Shown one piece after another: positions 19,010-27,947 of a DNA stretch of 64,000 bases; position 1 is the first letter of the stretch; every line of letters begins with the position of its first letter. Made by a program: the position numbers and the translations under genes. Below the pieces are notes generated by a model. That model searched no databases and had not been told where the DNA came from. It saw nothing but the letters and a program-made list of their open reading frames with translations. The stretch lies in IMG/VR virus record IMGVR_UViG_3300037089_000634; one strand, written 5' to 3'. This DNA is from a virus.

Positions 19010-19261
19010 TTGGAACGGTCCAGAGCAAACCAGATGAAGTTTACTATCGAATGTGAGATGAATGATAAATGGGTTGCCGCTTTTCTGGGCATGTTAAGAT
19101 ACATGGAAAAATTGGGGCAAATGGGTAGCTCACGTATCGTGGCCATTTATAGCGATGGTGATGGTAGTTTCAGACCAGAATTTAAATGGGATCCGACATT
19201 GCCAGTATCCATAAGGCCTAAAAAAGAAAACAAAGGCAATGTTCTATTCGACAATTACTAA
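19010..19261 (+). CDS. hypothetical protein (83 aa)
   Basis: ORF. Confidence 0.4.
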   Translation: MERSRANQMKFTIECEMNDKWVAAFLGMLRYMEKLGQMGSSRIVAIYSDGDGSFRPEFKWDPTLPVSIRPKKENKGNVLFDNY

Positions 19262-19270
19262 GATAAATGA

Positions 19271-19507
19271 GTGAAGGTTTGGATTGCATATACAAGCACA
19301 GGTTTTGAGAACGCAGGTGAAAATGCTACTAACTGGTGGGATGTAGAATATCAGGGCAAAGTCTTTTCCTTCAACTTCAATTATGACACTAAAGCCTTTG
19401 CTTATAGCAGTGGGAAATATGACGCCTATGACGCTAAGTTAGGCACGAATGAGGATCTAAAGGAATTAATTCGAAGCATTTTTAATGCTAAACGCATAGA
19501 TCATTGA
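19271..19507 (+). CDS. hypothetical protein (78 aa)
   Basis: ORF ending 4 nt before tRNA-Leu. Confidence 0.4.
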   Translation: MKVWIAYTSTGFENAGENATNWWDVEYQGKVFSFNFNYDTKAFAYSSGKYDAYDAKLGTNEDLKELIRSIFNAKRIDH

Positions 19508-19511
19508 TAAA

Positions 19512-19596
19512 TGCAAGGTTGGCGAAATTTTGGTAGACGCAGCATCTTCAGAAGGTGCCGGACTTATGTCCTAAGGGTTCGAATCCCTTACCTTGC
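19512..19596 (+). tRNA. tRNA-Leu, anticodon CAG (type II)
   Basis: Acceptor GCAAGGT/ACCTTGC, anticodon stem GCATC/GGTGC with loop TTCAGAA, variable arm CGGAC-TTAT-GTCC, T arm AAGGG-TTCGAAT-CCCTT. Confidence 0.8.
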
Positions 19597-19647
19597 AAAA
19601 GTCAAACGTATAAGATAAAAATCTAATGCGTCTCACAAGATAATCTC

Positions 19648-20121
19648 ATGATAAAGATTATCAAAGAAATAATGGCCACTTGCATAGAATCTAGTTTGTC
19701 TATGAGACAGGCTTGGGTTAAATACGAGCCCAGGGTCGACTACAAGACTTTCAAAAGATATGCAAAAATTTTTGGTCTATGGAAACCTAATCAAGGTGGC
19801 AAAGGTAAAAGCTCTTCAAAGAAATTTACAAAAGAAGAATTCATAAAAATTGTTTTGATTCTAAATGGCAAACGAGGATGGAAAACACAATTTAAAGATA
19901 GGCTATTTGAATATAGCTTAAAAGAAGAAAAATGTGAAGTCTGTGGATTGGCCACTTTCTGGAATAATCATCCTTTGATTCTACAGATTGATCACATAAA
20001 TGGTAATAGAAAGGATAACAGGCTAAGTAACCTTCGGATCATATGTCCGAATTGTCACAGCCAAACTGAAACATTCAGTTGTAGAAAACGCGGAAATGGC
20101 GTAACCCGGCAGCCGCGCTAG
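19648..20121 (+). CDS. HNH homing endonuclease
   Basis: QIDHINGNRKDNRLSNLRIICPNCHSQTETF; the last about 30 nt overlap tRNA-Leu(TAG). Confidence 0.8.
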   Translation: MIKIIKEIMATCIESSLSMRQAWVKYEPRVDYKTFKRYAKIFGLWKPNQGGKGKSSSKKFTKEEFIKIVLILNGKRGWKTQFKDRLFEYSLKEEKCEVCGLATFWNNHPLILQIDHINGNRKDNRLSNLRIICPNCHSQTETFSCRKRGNGVTRQPR

Positions 20122-20174
20122 GCTTAGGCCCTAGTGGAGTCAAACCCGTGGGGGTTCAAATCCCCCTTTCCGCA
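20090..20174 (+). tRNA. tRNA-Leu, anticodon TAG (type II)
   Basis: Acceptor GCGGAAA/TTTCCGC, anticodon stem CTAGG/CCTAG with loop CTTAGGC, long variable arm, T arm GGGGG-TTCAAAT-CCCCC. Confidence 0.8.
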
Positions 20175-20177
20175 TTA

Positions 20178-20225
20178 AGCAATCTGCGAATACTTTGTCC
20201 AAACTGTCATACACAGCATATTTAA
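20178..20225 (+). pseudogene. orphan HNH C-terminal fragment (SNLRILCPNCHTQHI) downstream of the tRNA
   Basis: In-frame translation repeats the SNLRIICPNCHSQ segment of the HNH gene located before the tRNA. Confidence 0.55.
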
Positions 20226-20229
20226 TTTC

Positions 20230-20454
20230 ATGAGGCAATATAGATATTCTCGTGCACTTAACTGCAAGAAATGTAAAAACGGTCTCCGCAAGCTCGAAGA
20301 TTACGACGTTCTTCCAACTAGTCTACCCGCATGGCCTCCCGATGGCTGGAAGTTCGAAGATTTATGCTCCTGCATTAGAGAACAGATTCATGATCCTATA
20401 GGCTGCACAATTTTTTGGGAAGATAACGAACCTCATGTAACGGAGTGGCTCTAA
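20230..20454 (+). CDS. hypothetical protein (74 aa)
   Basis: ORF. Confidence 0.4.
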   Translation: MRQYRYSRALNCKKCKNGLRKLEDYDVLPTSLPAWPPDGWKFEDLCSCIREQIHDPIGCTIFWEDNEPHVTEWL

Positions 20455-20735
20455 TGGGTCTCGGCGAAGCATGGGAAGCCTTTTGCATGACGCATACCCA
20501 AAAAGAAATTGACGACCACATAGCCAAGAATGATCCTGAAGGTAAGAGATTCGAGAGAATCGAACTCGCTGGTAAAAAAGAATTACTCTGGCGGAAATGT
20601 AAAGAGTGGATAGAAAAAGAAGAAGTGCTCTGTGCTGAGGCTATTCTTCAAAACGACGGGGTAAATCAAGCTCTACCTGACTTAGCTGAAATTGTATGTG
20701 AAATCATAGGCTATGCCGAATACCACGAAGACTGA
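20445..20735 (+). CDS. hypothetical protein (96 aa)
   Basis: ORF, coupled start. Confidence 0.4.
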   Translation: MALMGLGEAWEAFCMTHTQKEIDDHIAKNDPEGKRFERIELAGKKELLWRKCKEWIEKEEVLCAEAILQNDGVNQALPDLAEIVCEIIGYAEYHED

Positions 20736-20907
20736 AGTCATCAATCTACTAAAATCTCGTAATTGTTATAGTTGTGAAGATTTTATACCCGGACAATCCT
20801 GGGGACACATGGCATATTGCATGTGTGAATATCTTGGCGAAGATGTTCAAGGTAGCTACTGCCTCAAAGACTCAAAAAACATAAGGATAATAAATGCTGA
20901 GCGCTAA
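20713..20907 (+). CDS. NLLK-CxNC family small protein
   Basis: EVINLLKSRNCYSCEDF. Confidence 0.4.
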   Translation: MPNTTKTEVINLLKSRNCYSCEDFIPGQSWGHMAYCMCEYLGEDVQGSYCLKDSKNIRIINAER

Positions 20908-21071
20908 AATATGCGGCATCCCAGTGACGCTAGAGAAAACCGAAGAAGATGAATGGTTAATGATTGGCCGCACGTGGATCGGAGATTGGACCATGCGCTT
21001 TCTTCTTTTCATCAAAAAGCATATTCTAAACGAGAGTCCCGCAATTACCGACATAAAGGAAAGGAAATGAA

Positions 21072-21329
21072 GTGATCATAGACGAAGTTTATAATAACGT
21101 CACAGAGGATGACTTCAACAAGGCTGCCTTTGTAATTTTTGTGAGGGCTCTTCTTGCAATTTTGAAAGATCGTGAAGGTGTAGTTGTAGACAATATAAAA
21201 GGCAATACAGTTATTGTGTGGCATAGAGAGTCAACTGGTGAATTAGTCGTCACAGAGAACGTCAAAGATATACCCAAAGGCGCAATGGTTTGGGTAGACG
21301 AAAACGAAGAAAATGTCGGGGACGTTTAG
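21072..21329 (+). CDS. hypothetical protein (85 aa)
   Basis: ORF with RBS AAGGAAAGGAAA. Confidence 0.4.
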   Translation: MIIDEVYNNVTEDDFNKAAFVIFVRALLAILKDREGVVVDNIKGNTVIVWHRESTGELVVTENVKDIPKGAMVWVDENEENVGDV

Positions 21330-21621
21330 ATGTATTCGCTGTGGTAAGTGTTGCCACGACATTCCATTACATCCAACAGAATTTGACATGTTCCGTTATA
21401 TTCTTCAACTAGAAGGAAAATGGGAACAACACAAAGCCGTCTATCATCCTGACAGAAGACAATATAAACTAGAGGGTATCTGCCCATTCTTAGAAACTAG
21501 TGCTACTGATCCCAATATTACGGCTTGCAAAATCTATAGCTTCAGGCCAACTGTCTGCAAATTGTATCCGCTAACTGGTAAATGCTACTGCGTAAATGAT
21601 CAAGATAATATAGCGGAGTAA
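21313..21621 (+). CDS. YkgJ-like CxxCxxCC metal-binding protein
   Basis: CIRCGKCCHD...CPFL...CKIYSFRPTVC pattern of the putative Zn/Fe-chelating family. Confidence 0.5.
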   Translation: MSGTFRCIRCGKCCHDIPLHPTEFDMFRYILQLEGKWEQHKAVYHPDRRQYKLEGICPFLETSATDPNITACKIYSFRPTVCKLYPLTGKCYCVNDQDNIAE

Positions 21622-21627
21622 CATTTA

Positions 21628-22581
21628 ATGATTTATACATACATAGCTTCTGGCAGAGCTGTATTAAGCGGAATCGCTATAACTTCTCGAAGCGCAATTT
21701 TCAGGTATACAGCTTCTGGTATTGCTGCGTTAAACGGAGCTGCAACAACATTACAAACAACAAGTTTTAATCCTAACTTGGAAACTATAACTGGTGCAGT
21801 AATTGCTGCCGCTACTATAATAAATGTTGCTGGTGCTTTAAGTTTTAGTGGGCGAGATTCAAGAGGTTATTACCAATATGATCAGCGACTTAATGCGTTG
21901 GCTGGTTTAATTCTAGAACTTATTCCTTCAGATAATCCGTCATATGATTATATCACAATTGGTGGATTATACGTTAGAAGTAATTGGGTCAATCAAGTTC
22001 AAGTTCAAGTGTTATGGAACTTAATCGCTCCTAATACTCAAGTTCAAGTAAGCACTGACAATGTAAATTGGCAAAATGCCTATTTTGATTTATATGACCC
22101 ATTAGATCCAAATCAGCAATTCTATTATGTTTGGGATGATGGTAGAACATCTTATTCGCACTTAAATACGGCACAAGTTGAAGAAGTAACCTGCATACCA
22201 GCTCTTACATTAAACAGCAAATATTTCACGATCTATAATGGAACTGATCGACAGTATTATGTTTGGTTTAACGTTGCGGCTAATGGGATAGACCCAGGCT
22301 TAGTTGGAGGGCCGTTTTTTGGAACACACGCAACTGGTATTCAAGTTCTATTACTGAACGCCGATAAAGCTACTGATGTTGCTATTAAGCTTAAAGTCAC
22401 AATGGCCGGCACTCCTGGATTTTCAGCCACCATAAAACCCAACGATTCTACAACAGTAGCAATAGCTAGTACGACAGTGGCTAGAACCTATGCACCGAAT
22501 GCAGAAAATTCTGGTTTGACAATCTCAGTAGTTACAGAAGGCAACGACGAAATTGGTTATAAATACGCTAGATTAGCATAG
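21628..22581 (+). CDS. hypothetical protein (317 aa), Ser/Thr/Asn/Ala-rich, possibly structural
   Basis: Low-complexity beta-rich composition; no catalytic motif. Confidence 0.5.
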   Translation: MIYTYIASGRAVLSGIAITSRSAIFRYTASGIAALNGAATTLQTTSFNPNLETITGAVIAAATIINVAGALSFSGRDSRGYYQYDQRLNALAGLILELIPSDNPSYDYITIGGLYVRSNWVNQVQVQVLWNLIAPNTQVQVSTDNVNWQNAYFDLYDPLDPNQQFYYVWDDGRTSYSHLNTAQVEEVTCIPALTLNSKYFTIYNGTDRQYYVWFNVAANGIDPGLVGGPFFGTHATGIQVLLLNADKATDVAIKLKVTMAGTPGFSATIKPNDSTTVAIASTTVARTYAPNAENSGLTISVVTEGNDEIGYKYARLA

Positions 22582-22601
22582 ATAGAGAGTAAGGAGTTAA
22601 T

Positions 22602-22841
22602 ATGGCTTTTATAAGTGTCGGGGAAAATGAAACAATTGACTCGGCAATCCGGAGGTTTAAGAAGTTACAGGAGAAAGAAGGCATTTTGAAGGATTACCGG
22701 AAGAAGGAATACTTCATAAAGCCAAGCATGATCGAACACACGAAGATTCGTGATGTAGTTCACAAGCATGCAAGAAGGATGTTGAAGGTGAAGCATAAAA
22801 AGCCGAACTATGACAGAAATGATAAAGAGAGGCGCGACTAA
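22602..22841 (+). CDS. rpsU: ribosomal protein bS21 homologue
   Basis: ISVGENETIDSAIRRFKKLQEKEGILKDYRKKEYFIKPS is collinear with the bacterial S21 N-terminus; RBS AAGGAG. Confidence 0.75.
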   Translation: MAFISVGENETIDSAIRRFKKLQEKEGILKDYRKKEYFIKPSMIEHTKIRDVVHKHARRMLKVKHKKPNYDRNDKERRD

Positions 22842-23004
22842 ACTAAGAGAACAAATCCGCCTCTGCAAAGAAGCGTGGAAAGAAATCTTAGTTATAATTT
22901 CAGTTGCCATTTTTGCTTCATTTCTCTTCGTATGGCTTTCTAGTATTATGCCGACTCCGCATCACTATCAACATCAACGCTATGAGCAAATAGTAAGGAA
23001 ATGA
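22810..23004 (+). CDS. hypothetical small membrane protein
   Basis: TM helix ILVIISVAIFASFLFVWL. Confidence 0.35.
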   Translation: MTEMIKRGATKLREQIRLCKEAWKEILVIISVAIFASFLFVWLSSIMPTPHHYQHQRYEQIVRK

Positions 23005-23005
23005 A

Positions 23006-23395
23006 ATGAAAGATCCTTGCGGTTGTCCAGAAGAAAAAAAATATCCACCAGTTTATCCTTTCCCTGGTGAAATTGAAATTTCTGAACAATATTGGCATCA
23101 GGTTAACGATAACAAGTATCAGGTCATTAAATATTGTGATGGTCGTTATCAAATAACCGTCAATGATGAAATCCAATACAAAACTATAAATGTGAGATAC
23201 GGGTATTACAAACGTGAGCCTCTTATATTCAAAACACTAGCAGATGCTAGACTAGCGCTGGCTAGAATAAAAGCAAAGGATTATCAATCATTTAAAGAGA
23301 CTGAGCAAAGATATAGGCAAGCTAGACCTTATTACAAGGTGGCTAAGACGATACCACTCCATGAAAAAATCGACCTCGGACATGAATGCCCATAA
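23006..23395 (+). CDS. hypothetical protein (129 aa)
   Basis: ORF. Confidence 0.45.
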   Translation: MKDPCGCPEEKKYPPVYPFPGEIEISEQYWHQVNDNKYQVIKYCDGRYQITVNDEIQYKTINVRYGYYKREPLIFKTLADARLALARIKAKDYQSFKETEQRYRQARPYYKVAKTIPLHEKIDLGHECP

Positions 23396-23747
23396 CAATC
23401 TAAGTCTTCGGAAGTCTATGTATAAAACTGCTGGTGAAAGACCGATTAGTGCAAGCGGAGTAGGTTCGCTGTTTATATCATATAGAGAAATAGCTGAAGT
23501 AATTGGCGACATAAATGTAGATGATGAAGATTGGAGAGGGTATCTTTGGAATGGACTTTATTTCACTATTTACCCGGCTAATTATGATAAGATATGGTCA
23601 GTCGATGGTCTGAAAAGAAATAGAGATTGGCGTGTAGGCGGAAACGAAAAAGTCGTCTATCCATTAGTGGCCTTCATGGTTGGACACCTTTTAGAGCATA
23701 GTATTATTGATATCATTTTTAGAAAGACATATAAGAATCCAGATTGA
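23361..23747 (+). CDS. hypothetical protein (128 aa)
   Basis: ORF ending 3 nt before tRNA-Leu. Confidence 0.45.
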   Translation: MKKSTSDMNAHNNLSLRKSMYKTAGERPISASGVGSLFISYREIAEVIGDINVDDEDWRGYLWNGLYFTIYPANYDKIWSVDGLKRNRDWRVGGNEKVVYPLVAFMVGHLLEHSIIDIIFRKTYKNPD

Positions 23748-23749
23748 CG

Positions 23750-23834
23750 CCGTCATGGTGAAATGGCAGACACACTAGTCTCAAGAACTAGCGAGCGAAA
23801 GCTCATTCTCGGTTCAAGTCCGAGTGGCGGTAAT
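23750..23834 (+). tRNA. tRNA-Leu, anticodon CAA (type II)
   Basis: Acceptor GCCGTCA/TGGCGGT, D arm TGGTGAAATGGCAGACACA, anticodon stem CTAGT/ACTAG with loop CTCAAGA, variable GAGC-GAAA-GCTC, T arm CTCGG-TTCAAGT-CCGAG. Confidence 0.8.
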
Positions 23835-23837
23835 AGG

Positions 23838-23920
23838 CCGGAGTGGCGGAACTAGGCAGACGCACGAGATTTAAAACCTCGCACCGCAAGGCGTACGGGT
23901 TCAATTCCCGTCTCCGGCAA
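23838..23920 (+). tRNA. tRNA-Leu, anticodon TAA (type II)
   Basis: Acceptor GCCGGAG/CTCCGGC, anticodon stem CGAGA/CCTCG with loop TTTAAAA, variable CGC-AAG-GCG, T arm ACGGG-TTCAATT-CCCGT. Confidence 0.7.
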
Positions 23921-23931
23921 AAGGGAATAAT

Positions 23932-24234
23932 ATGGCATACGAGAAATGTCTCAAGTGTGGTGAATATCATTTTAGCACTGATAGATGCAAACCTCTCTTT
24001 GAATATCAAATTCCAGAATTCGGTCCTGAGTGGCTTAGCATTCGCGCATTGAGTTTTCAAGATGCTGCAGAAAAAGCATGCGAAAAAGATGACAATGATA
24101 GTGGCGAATATACAATCGTCAAGCGTGGTAATTTAGATAAAATTCTTGTAAGAGATGGAACGGGCACGGTGAAAGAATTTTCCGTTGAGGCAGAAACTGT
24201 CCCTGAATATTATGCGCAAGAGATTAAAGCATAA
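23932..24234 (+). CDS. hypothetical protein (100 aa)
   Basis: ORF between tRNAs with RBS AAGGGAA. Confidence 0.5.
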   Translation: MAYEKCLKCGEYHFSTDRCKPLFEYQIPEFGPEWLSIRALSFQDAAEKACEKDDNDSGEYTIVKRGNLDKILVRDGTGTVKEFSVEAETVPEYYAQEIKA

Positions 24235-24429
24235 ATGAGACAATACGCTTTAATACGATTTATAGGCGATGAGAATCTATATCCATTTAAGCAAAATGTG
24301 ACCTACATATATTTTGGAGAAATTCCCAATATGCCTGGTCATATTATTTTAATGGAAATGGTTACTGGAAAATTCTTTGCTGGATGGCACGAAGAGAATT
24401 TTGAAGAAGTTCCAGAAGATGAAACATAA
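24235..24429 (+). CDS. hypothetical protein (64 aa)
   Basis: ORF, coupled. Confidence 0.4.
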   Translation: MRQYALIRFIGDENLYPFKQNVTYIYFGEIPNMPGHIILMEMVTGKFFAGWHEENFEEVPEDET

Positions 24430-24430
24430 T

Positions 24431-24515
24431 GCCGCAGTGGTGAAATGGCAGACACAACGGTCTTAAGAATCGTTGCTGTGTAAACGGCGTGAGAGTTCAA
24501 GTCTCTCCTGCGGTA
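24431..24515 (+). tRNA. tRNA-Leu, anticodon TAA (type II; paralogue of 23750)
   Basis: Acceptor GCCGCAG/CTGCGGT, D arm identical to tRNA 23750, anticodon stem ACGGT/ATCGT with loop CTTAAGA, T arm GAGAG-TTCAAGT-CTCTC. Confidence 0.75.
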
Positions 24516-24521
24516 AAGACT

Positions 24522-24640
24522 AGCTGACGATAAGAGATTATCGAGAAATTGATATTGCAGGTTCGAAGCCTGCCCCCGTAGCGTAAGCTACCCGGTGGTG
24601 GAATGTGGCAGACACACAATTGGAAGACACAGCTTTTATC
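24522..24640 (+). pseudogene. tRNA-derived remnants: module-A repeat, orphan T arm plus acceptor 3' strand, GNRA hairpin, Leu-type D-arm fragment
   Basis: AGCTGACGATAAGAGATTATCG (module A), GCAGG-TTCGAAG-CCTGC-CCCCGTA with no 5' partner, GTAGC-GTAA-GCTAC hairpin, then TGGTGGAATGTGGCAGACACA resembling the Leu D arm. Confidence 0.35.
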
Positions 24641-24826
24641 ATTGCTTGCTAGTTTATTTGAGGAGCTAATATGTTAGCATCTATAGAAAAATATATAGAA
24701 GAAGAATTGAAGCGATTAATTATTGCCGCAACTACTGAGGGGGCAGTTACTTCAACAGAAAATTATAAAATTAGGCTAGAAGCCCTAAAATTACTAGCTG
24801 AAATAATGAAGTAAACAGGGGTTAAT

Positions 24827-25216
24827 ATGTTCATAAGTTTTTTGCCGTTTATACTCGCTCTTGAATCAAATTCAATAGATTTCTCTTTTCTATCCATCTC
24901 GACACCAAACGGAATGAGATCTCTTTTTAGAATCAAAGTAAACGTTAATGAATTTCTTATTCACATCTTTTGGCATTTTAATTGGCAATGGTGTAAAAAG
25001 AACACTAATTGCATTGAGGCCGAATCTGCTCTAGCAACACAAGCCCATATGATAGAATTAAAACAACAGTTACCTGAAGCTGTAAAAACAGATGATATAG
25101 GGCGAATGAAATCAAGTGGCATTCGCCATCACACAGACACTCCAGAAATAATACCACAACCTCATAAGAAAAGAAAAGGAGGAAAACGTGGTAACTCTAG
25201 CACACTTCCTAACTGA
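24827..25216 (+). CDS. hypothetical protein (129 aa)
   Basis: ORF; hydrophobic N-terminus. Confidence 0.3.
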   Translation: MFISFLPFILALESNSIDFSFLSISTPNGMRSLFRIKVNVNEFLIHIFWHFNWQWCKKNTNCIEAESALATQAHMIELKQQLPEAVKTDDIGRMKSSGIRHHTDTPEIIPQPHKKRKGGKRGNSSTLPN

Positions 25217-25406
25217 AACTTGTTTAAAAGTAGAAGGTTTTCTTTTCGATAGTTATTACAAAATTCCAACTAACCTCACAGCCGAAGATCTAATAATTTT
25301 AAAATCTCTGGTAGATGAAAAATTTCCCATATTCACATTGGTTATTGGCGGTAACAGAAAGTTATATAAGTTTCTAAAAATACACAATGCTGAAAAAATT
25401 CTCTAG
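25188..25406 (+). CDS. hypothetical protein (72 aa), GTG start
   Basis: Strong RBS AAAGGAGG 7 nt upstream. Confidence 0.4.
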   Translation: MVTLAHFLTETCLKVEGFLFDSYYKIPTNLTAEDLIILKSLVDEKFPIFTLVIGGNRKLYKFLKIHNAEKIL

Positions 25407-25469
25407 ATAAAGAACATATATCATTATAGACAAATCCACTTGAAAGGTGGGAAAATTTAGGAGATAATA

Positions 25470-26267
25470 ATGGAGAATACTAAAAAGATTAAAACCTATG
25501 CAGCTATCATTCTTGATAAGAGTGGTTCAATGGGTTCTATTAGAGAGCAGGCGATCAACAACTTTAACGAACAAATTCAGACATTAAAAAATGAATCAAA
25601 CGACCCCAAAGCAATCACAAAGAAGTTACTTCATGGAAGTGAGAATCCAGTTGGAGTTGAAACACTCGTCACGCTTGTTTCGTTCGCTGATGATGTGACG
25701 TTTCATACCTTCAACGAAGACGTAAATAAAGTAGATGAGTTTCCCGCCAATGAATATAAGCCGAATGGCTCTACAGCTCTTCGTGACGCAATTGGCGATA
25801 CAATCGATCGCCTTGTAAAAGAGGCCACTGATCTAGATCAACCAGACGTTGGTGTTTTAATGATCGTCGTTACAGATGGTCAAGAAAATGCTTCTAAGAG
25901 ATATGGTGGAGAAGAAGGTAGAAAGCTTCTAAAGTCAAGAGTAGAAGAGTTAGAGAAAACTGGCAAATGGACCATTACATTCATGGGTTGTAAAGATGCT
26001 TTCGAAGAGTCAAGAAGTTTAGGTATGTCGGCCGGCAATACGCAAGCTTGGGTAGCTACTGCAGCAGGAGCTACTATGTCTACGGCTAGTCAAAATATCG
26101 GAACACGAAATTACATGAGCGAAAGGCTCATGCACAAAACTAGCGTTCAAAACTTCTATGCTAGTGTTGACCAAGATGAATTGAAAGAAGAAGAATCTAA
26201 TCTGCTAAAGAAATACGCAAAGAAAACGCCCCCAGCAGATGAAACGGATAAGAAGGACAATGTTTAA
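25470..26267 (+). CDS. von Willebrand factor A (vWA) domain protein
   Basis: AAIILDKSGSMGS MIDAS motif (DxSGS) and downstream VVTDGQEN. Confidence 0.7.
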   Translation: MENTKKIKTYAAIILDKSGSMGSIREQAINNFNEQIQTLKNESNDPKAITKKLLHGSENPVGVETLVTLVSFADDVTFHTFNEDVNKVDEFPANEYKPNGSTALRDAIGDTIDRLVKEATDLDQPDVGVLMIVVTDGQENASKRYGGEEGRKLLKSRVEELEKTGKWTITFMGCKDAFEESRSLGMSAGNTQAWVATAAGATMSTASQNIGTRNYMSERLMHKTSVQNFYASVDQDELKEEESNLLKKYAKKTPPADETDKKDNV

Positions 26268-26481
26268 TTTTCAACCCATAAACAAAAACCAAATTAGCAA
26301 GCTCTTACTTGCTTGGGGTATCAAAGACCACAAAGTTATGGAAGAAGATGGCAATGTCATCGTAGTAATTCCCAAACTTAGATACCCACACATAAACGAA
26401 CAAATAAGTGAGCTTCAAGAGCGAGTCCCTGTCAGTTGTATTGTTAAGCTGCGCAGGGATGTTAATTGGTTTTGGTTATAG
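26239..26481 (+). CDS. hypothetical protein (80 aa)
   Basis: ORF. Confidence 0.35.
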   Translation: MKRIRRTMFNFQPINKNQISKLLLAWGIKDHKVMEEDGNVIVVIPKLRYPHINEQISELQERVPVSCIVKLRRDVNWFWL

Positions 26482-26509
26482 ACTTTCGACAACGACTTAA
26501 GATTTCTAC

Positions 26510-27202
26510 ATGTCATTACGCGGCTATGAAAAAACATTCCGCATAACTACGCCCAACTACCGAGTGCCAGGCAAACTGACGCTGTCTGATAAAGATCAGA
26601 AAGTGCTTCTCAGAGGGACGCTTGAGATCACTGAAAAAGTTGATGGCGCTAACACGGCAATTCTTCGTGGTGAAGGTTCCGAGTGGACACTTCAGAAGAG
26701 GAGAGGTATTGCAACACAGCAACATCCTCAGTTTTCTTTTTTCTGGAGCTGGGCTCGGGCCAACGAGGACAAGATTCTTAGCATTCCAGAAAATTGGATC
26801 ATCTACGGTGAGCTAACCTACGCCAAGCACAATATTTTCTATGATCACTTGCCATCTTATTTCTTGGTCTTCGATGTTTGGACTGGCAAGGAATATTTGG
26901 ACACGAATGATAGACTGGATCTTTGCTCCGAGCTAGAACTTCAGCATGTCCCAATGCTTTATTACGGTCGCCTTGAAGGCGATGAAAACGAACATCTTCA
27001 TCAATTGGAAAAACTGATTGGGCCTTCAAAAGTTTCAACTACTGTGACCATGGAAGGCATAGTTGTAAAGAATGCTGTCAAACAAATGAGGGGCAAACTA
27101 GTTCGACCCGAGTTCATGAAGCAGCTTGAAGAAGACGATCATTGGCTATACAAAAGATTGGTCAAGAATCAACTGACACCAGGAGTCGATGCTTACAACT
27201 GA
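26510..27202 (+). CDS. ATP-dependent RNA (or DNA) ligase, adenylyltransferase domain
   Basis: Motif I EKVDGAN (KxDGxN), motif IV-like MEGIVVKN, motif V-like GKLVRPEF. Confidence 0.6.
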   Translation: MSLRGYEKTFRITTPNYRVPGKLTLSDKDQKVLLRGTLEITEKVDGANTAILRGEGSEWTLQKRRGIATQQHPQFSFFWSWARANEDKILSIPENWIIYGELTYAKHNIFYDHLPSYFLVFDVWTGKEYLDTNDRLDLCSELELQHVPMLYYGRLEGDENEHLHQLEKLIGPSKVSTTVTMEGIVVKNAVKQMRGKLVRPEFMKQLEEDDHWLYKRLVKNQLTPGVDAYN

Positions 27203-27212
27203 AAGGAGACTT

Positions 27213-27420
27213 TATGTCTTACAGGTGCGGAGTTTGTGGCAGGGCGCAGAAGGTTGGCGCAAAGCCGGAGTTGGTCATCACAAGCAAGAGGCCGAAGTCT
27301 TATCCGGAGCGGTTCGGTCCTGACGGTAAGACGATCGACAAGGGTGGACAGGGTTGGGAGATCGCTGCCGTCAAGCAGGTATGCTCTACTTGTCTTCCGA
27401 CAATGGCGAAGATCGCCTGA
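27213..27420 (+). CDS. small zinc-ribbon protein
   Basis: MSYRCGVCGR...CSTC; GC-rich island; the track ORF begins earlier at 27142. Confidence 0.35.
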
Positions 27421-27677
27421 ACGAAGACCGCTGGGCCTCGGCAATCGCACATGCCGAGGCCATCCTTCAACAATACAAAGATTTACCCAATGCCCAAGAA
27501 TATTCTTGGGTCATTTGGTCTATAGACAACTGGCTTTACCTCGCCGAAGTCTGGAAACACACAGTCATAAAAGTTCTCGAAGAACTTGAGGCTGTCAGTT
27601 TTGACCTAATTAAATTTCGGGACAGACGAACTTCTGGGCCTCTAGGTAAAGGCGGGCGTCAAGTGATCAATGAATGA
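27354..27677 (+). CDS. hypothetical protein (overlapping frames, uncertain start)
   Basis: ORF in a GC-rich island where several frames are open. Confidence 0.3.
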   Translation: MGDRCRQAGMLYLSSDNGEDRLNEDRWASAIAHAEAILQQYKDLPNAQEYSWVIWSIDNWLYLAEVWKHTVIKVLEELEAVSFDLIKFRDRRTSGPLGKGGRQVINE

Positions 27678-27710
27678 ATAAGGCATAATTCTTTTTGAGG
27701 AGAAATCATA

Positions 27711-27947
27711 ATGGCAAAAAAGAGGCCCATCAAATATGTCGTGTGGCTAAAGAATTTCGTCAACACCAACAATGATGAATGGATGACGACCTTCGCCAAA
27801 TCCTCGGCTGAGGCTGAAGCAAAATGCACAGGTAAGTTCGATGCTACCAGATTTAGCTTCGGTCCAATCATGACGGTCAAAGCTTTTCGGAAAGCAAACG
27901 GCAATCGTTTCCCTCTCGGCAGAAAATGCAATAGGTTGCCTGGGTAA
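27711..27947 (+). CDS. hypothetical protein (78 aa)
   Basis: RBS GAGGAGAAA. Confidence 0.4.
   Translation: MAKKRPIKYVVWLKNFVNTNNDEWMTTFAKSSAEAEAKCTGKFDATRFSFGPIMTVKAFRKANGNRFPLGRKCNRLPG

Noticed and set aside
27142-27589. Overlapping ORFs 27142-27420 and 27236-27589
   Set aside because: GC-rich segment with several open frames. Only the zinc-ribbon frame from 27213 was kept at low confidence. The 27236-27589 frame is Arg/Ser-rich and low-complexity.
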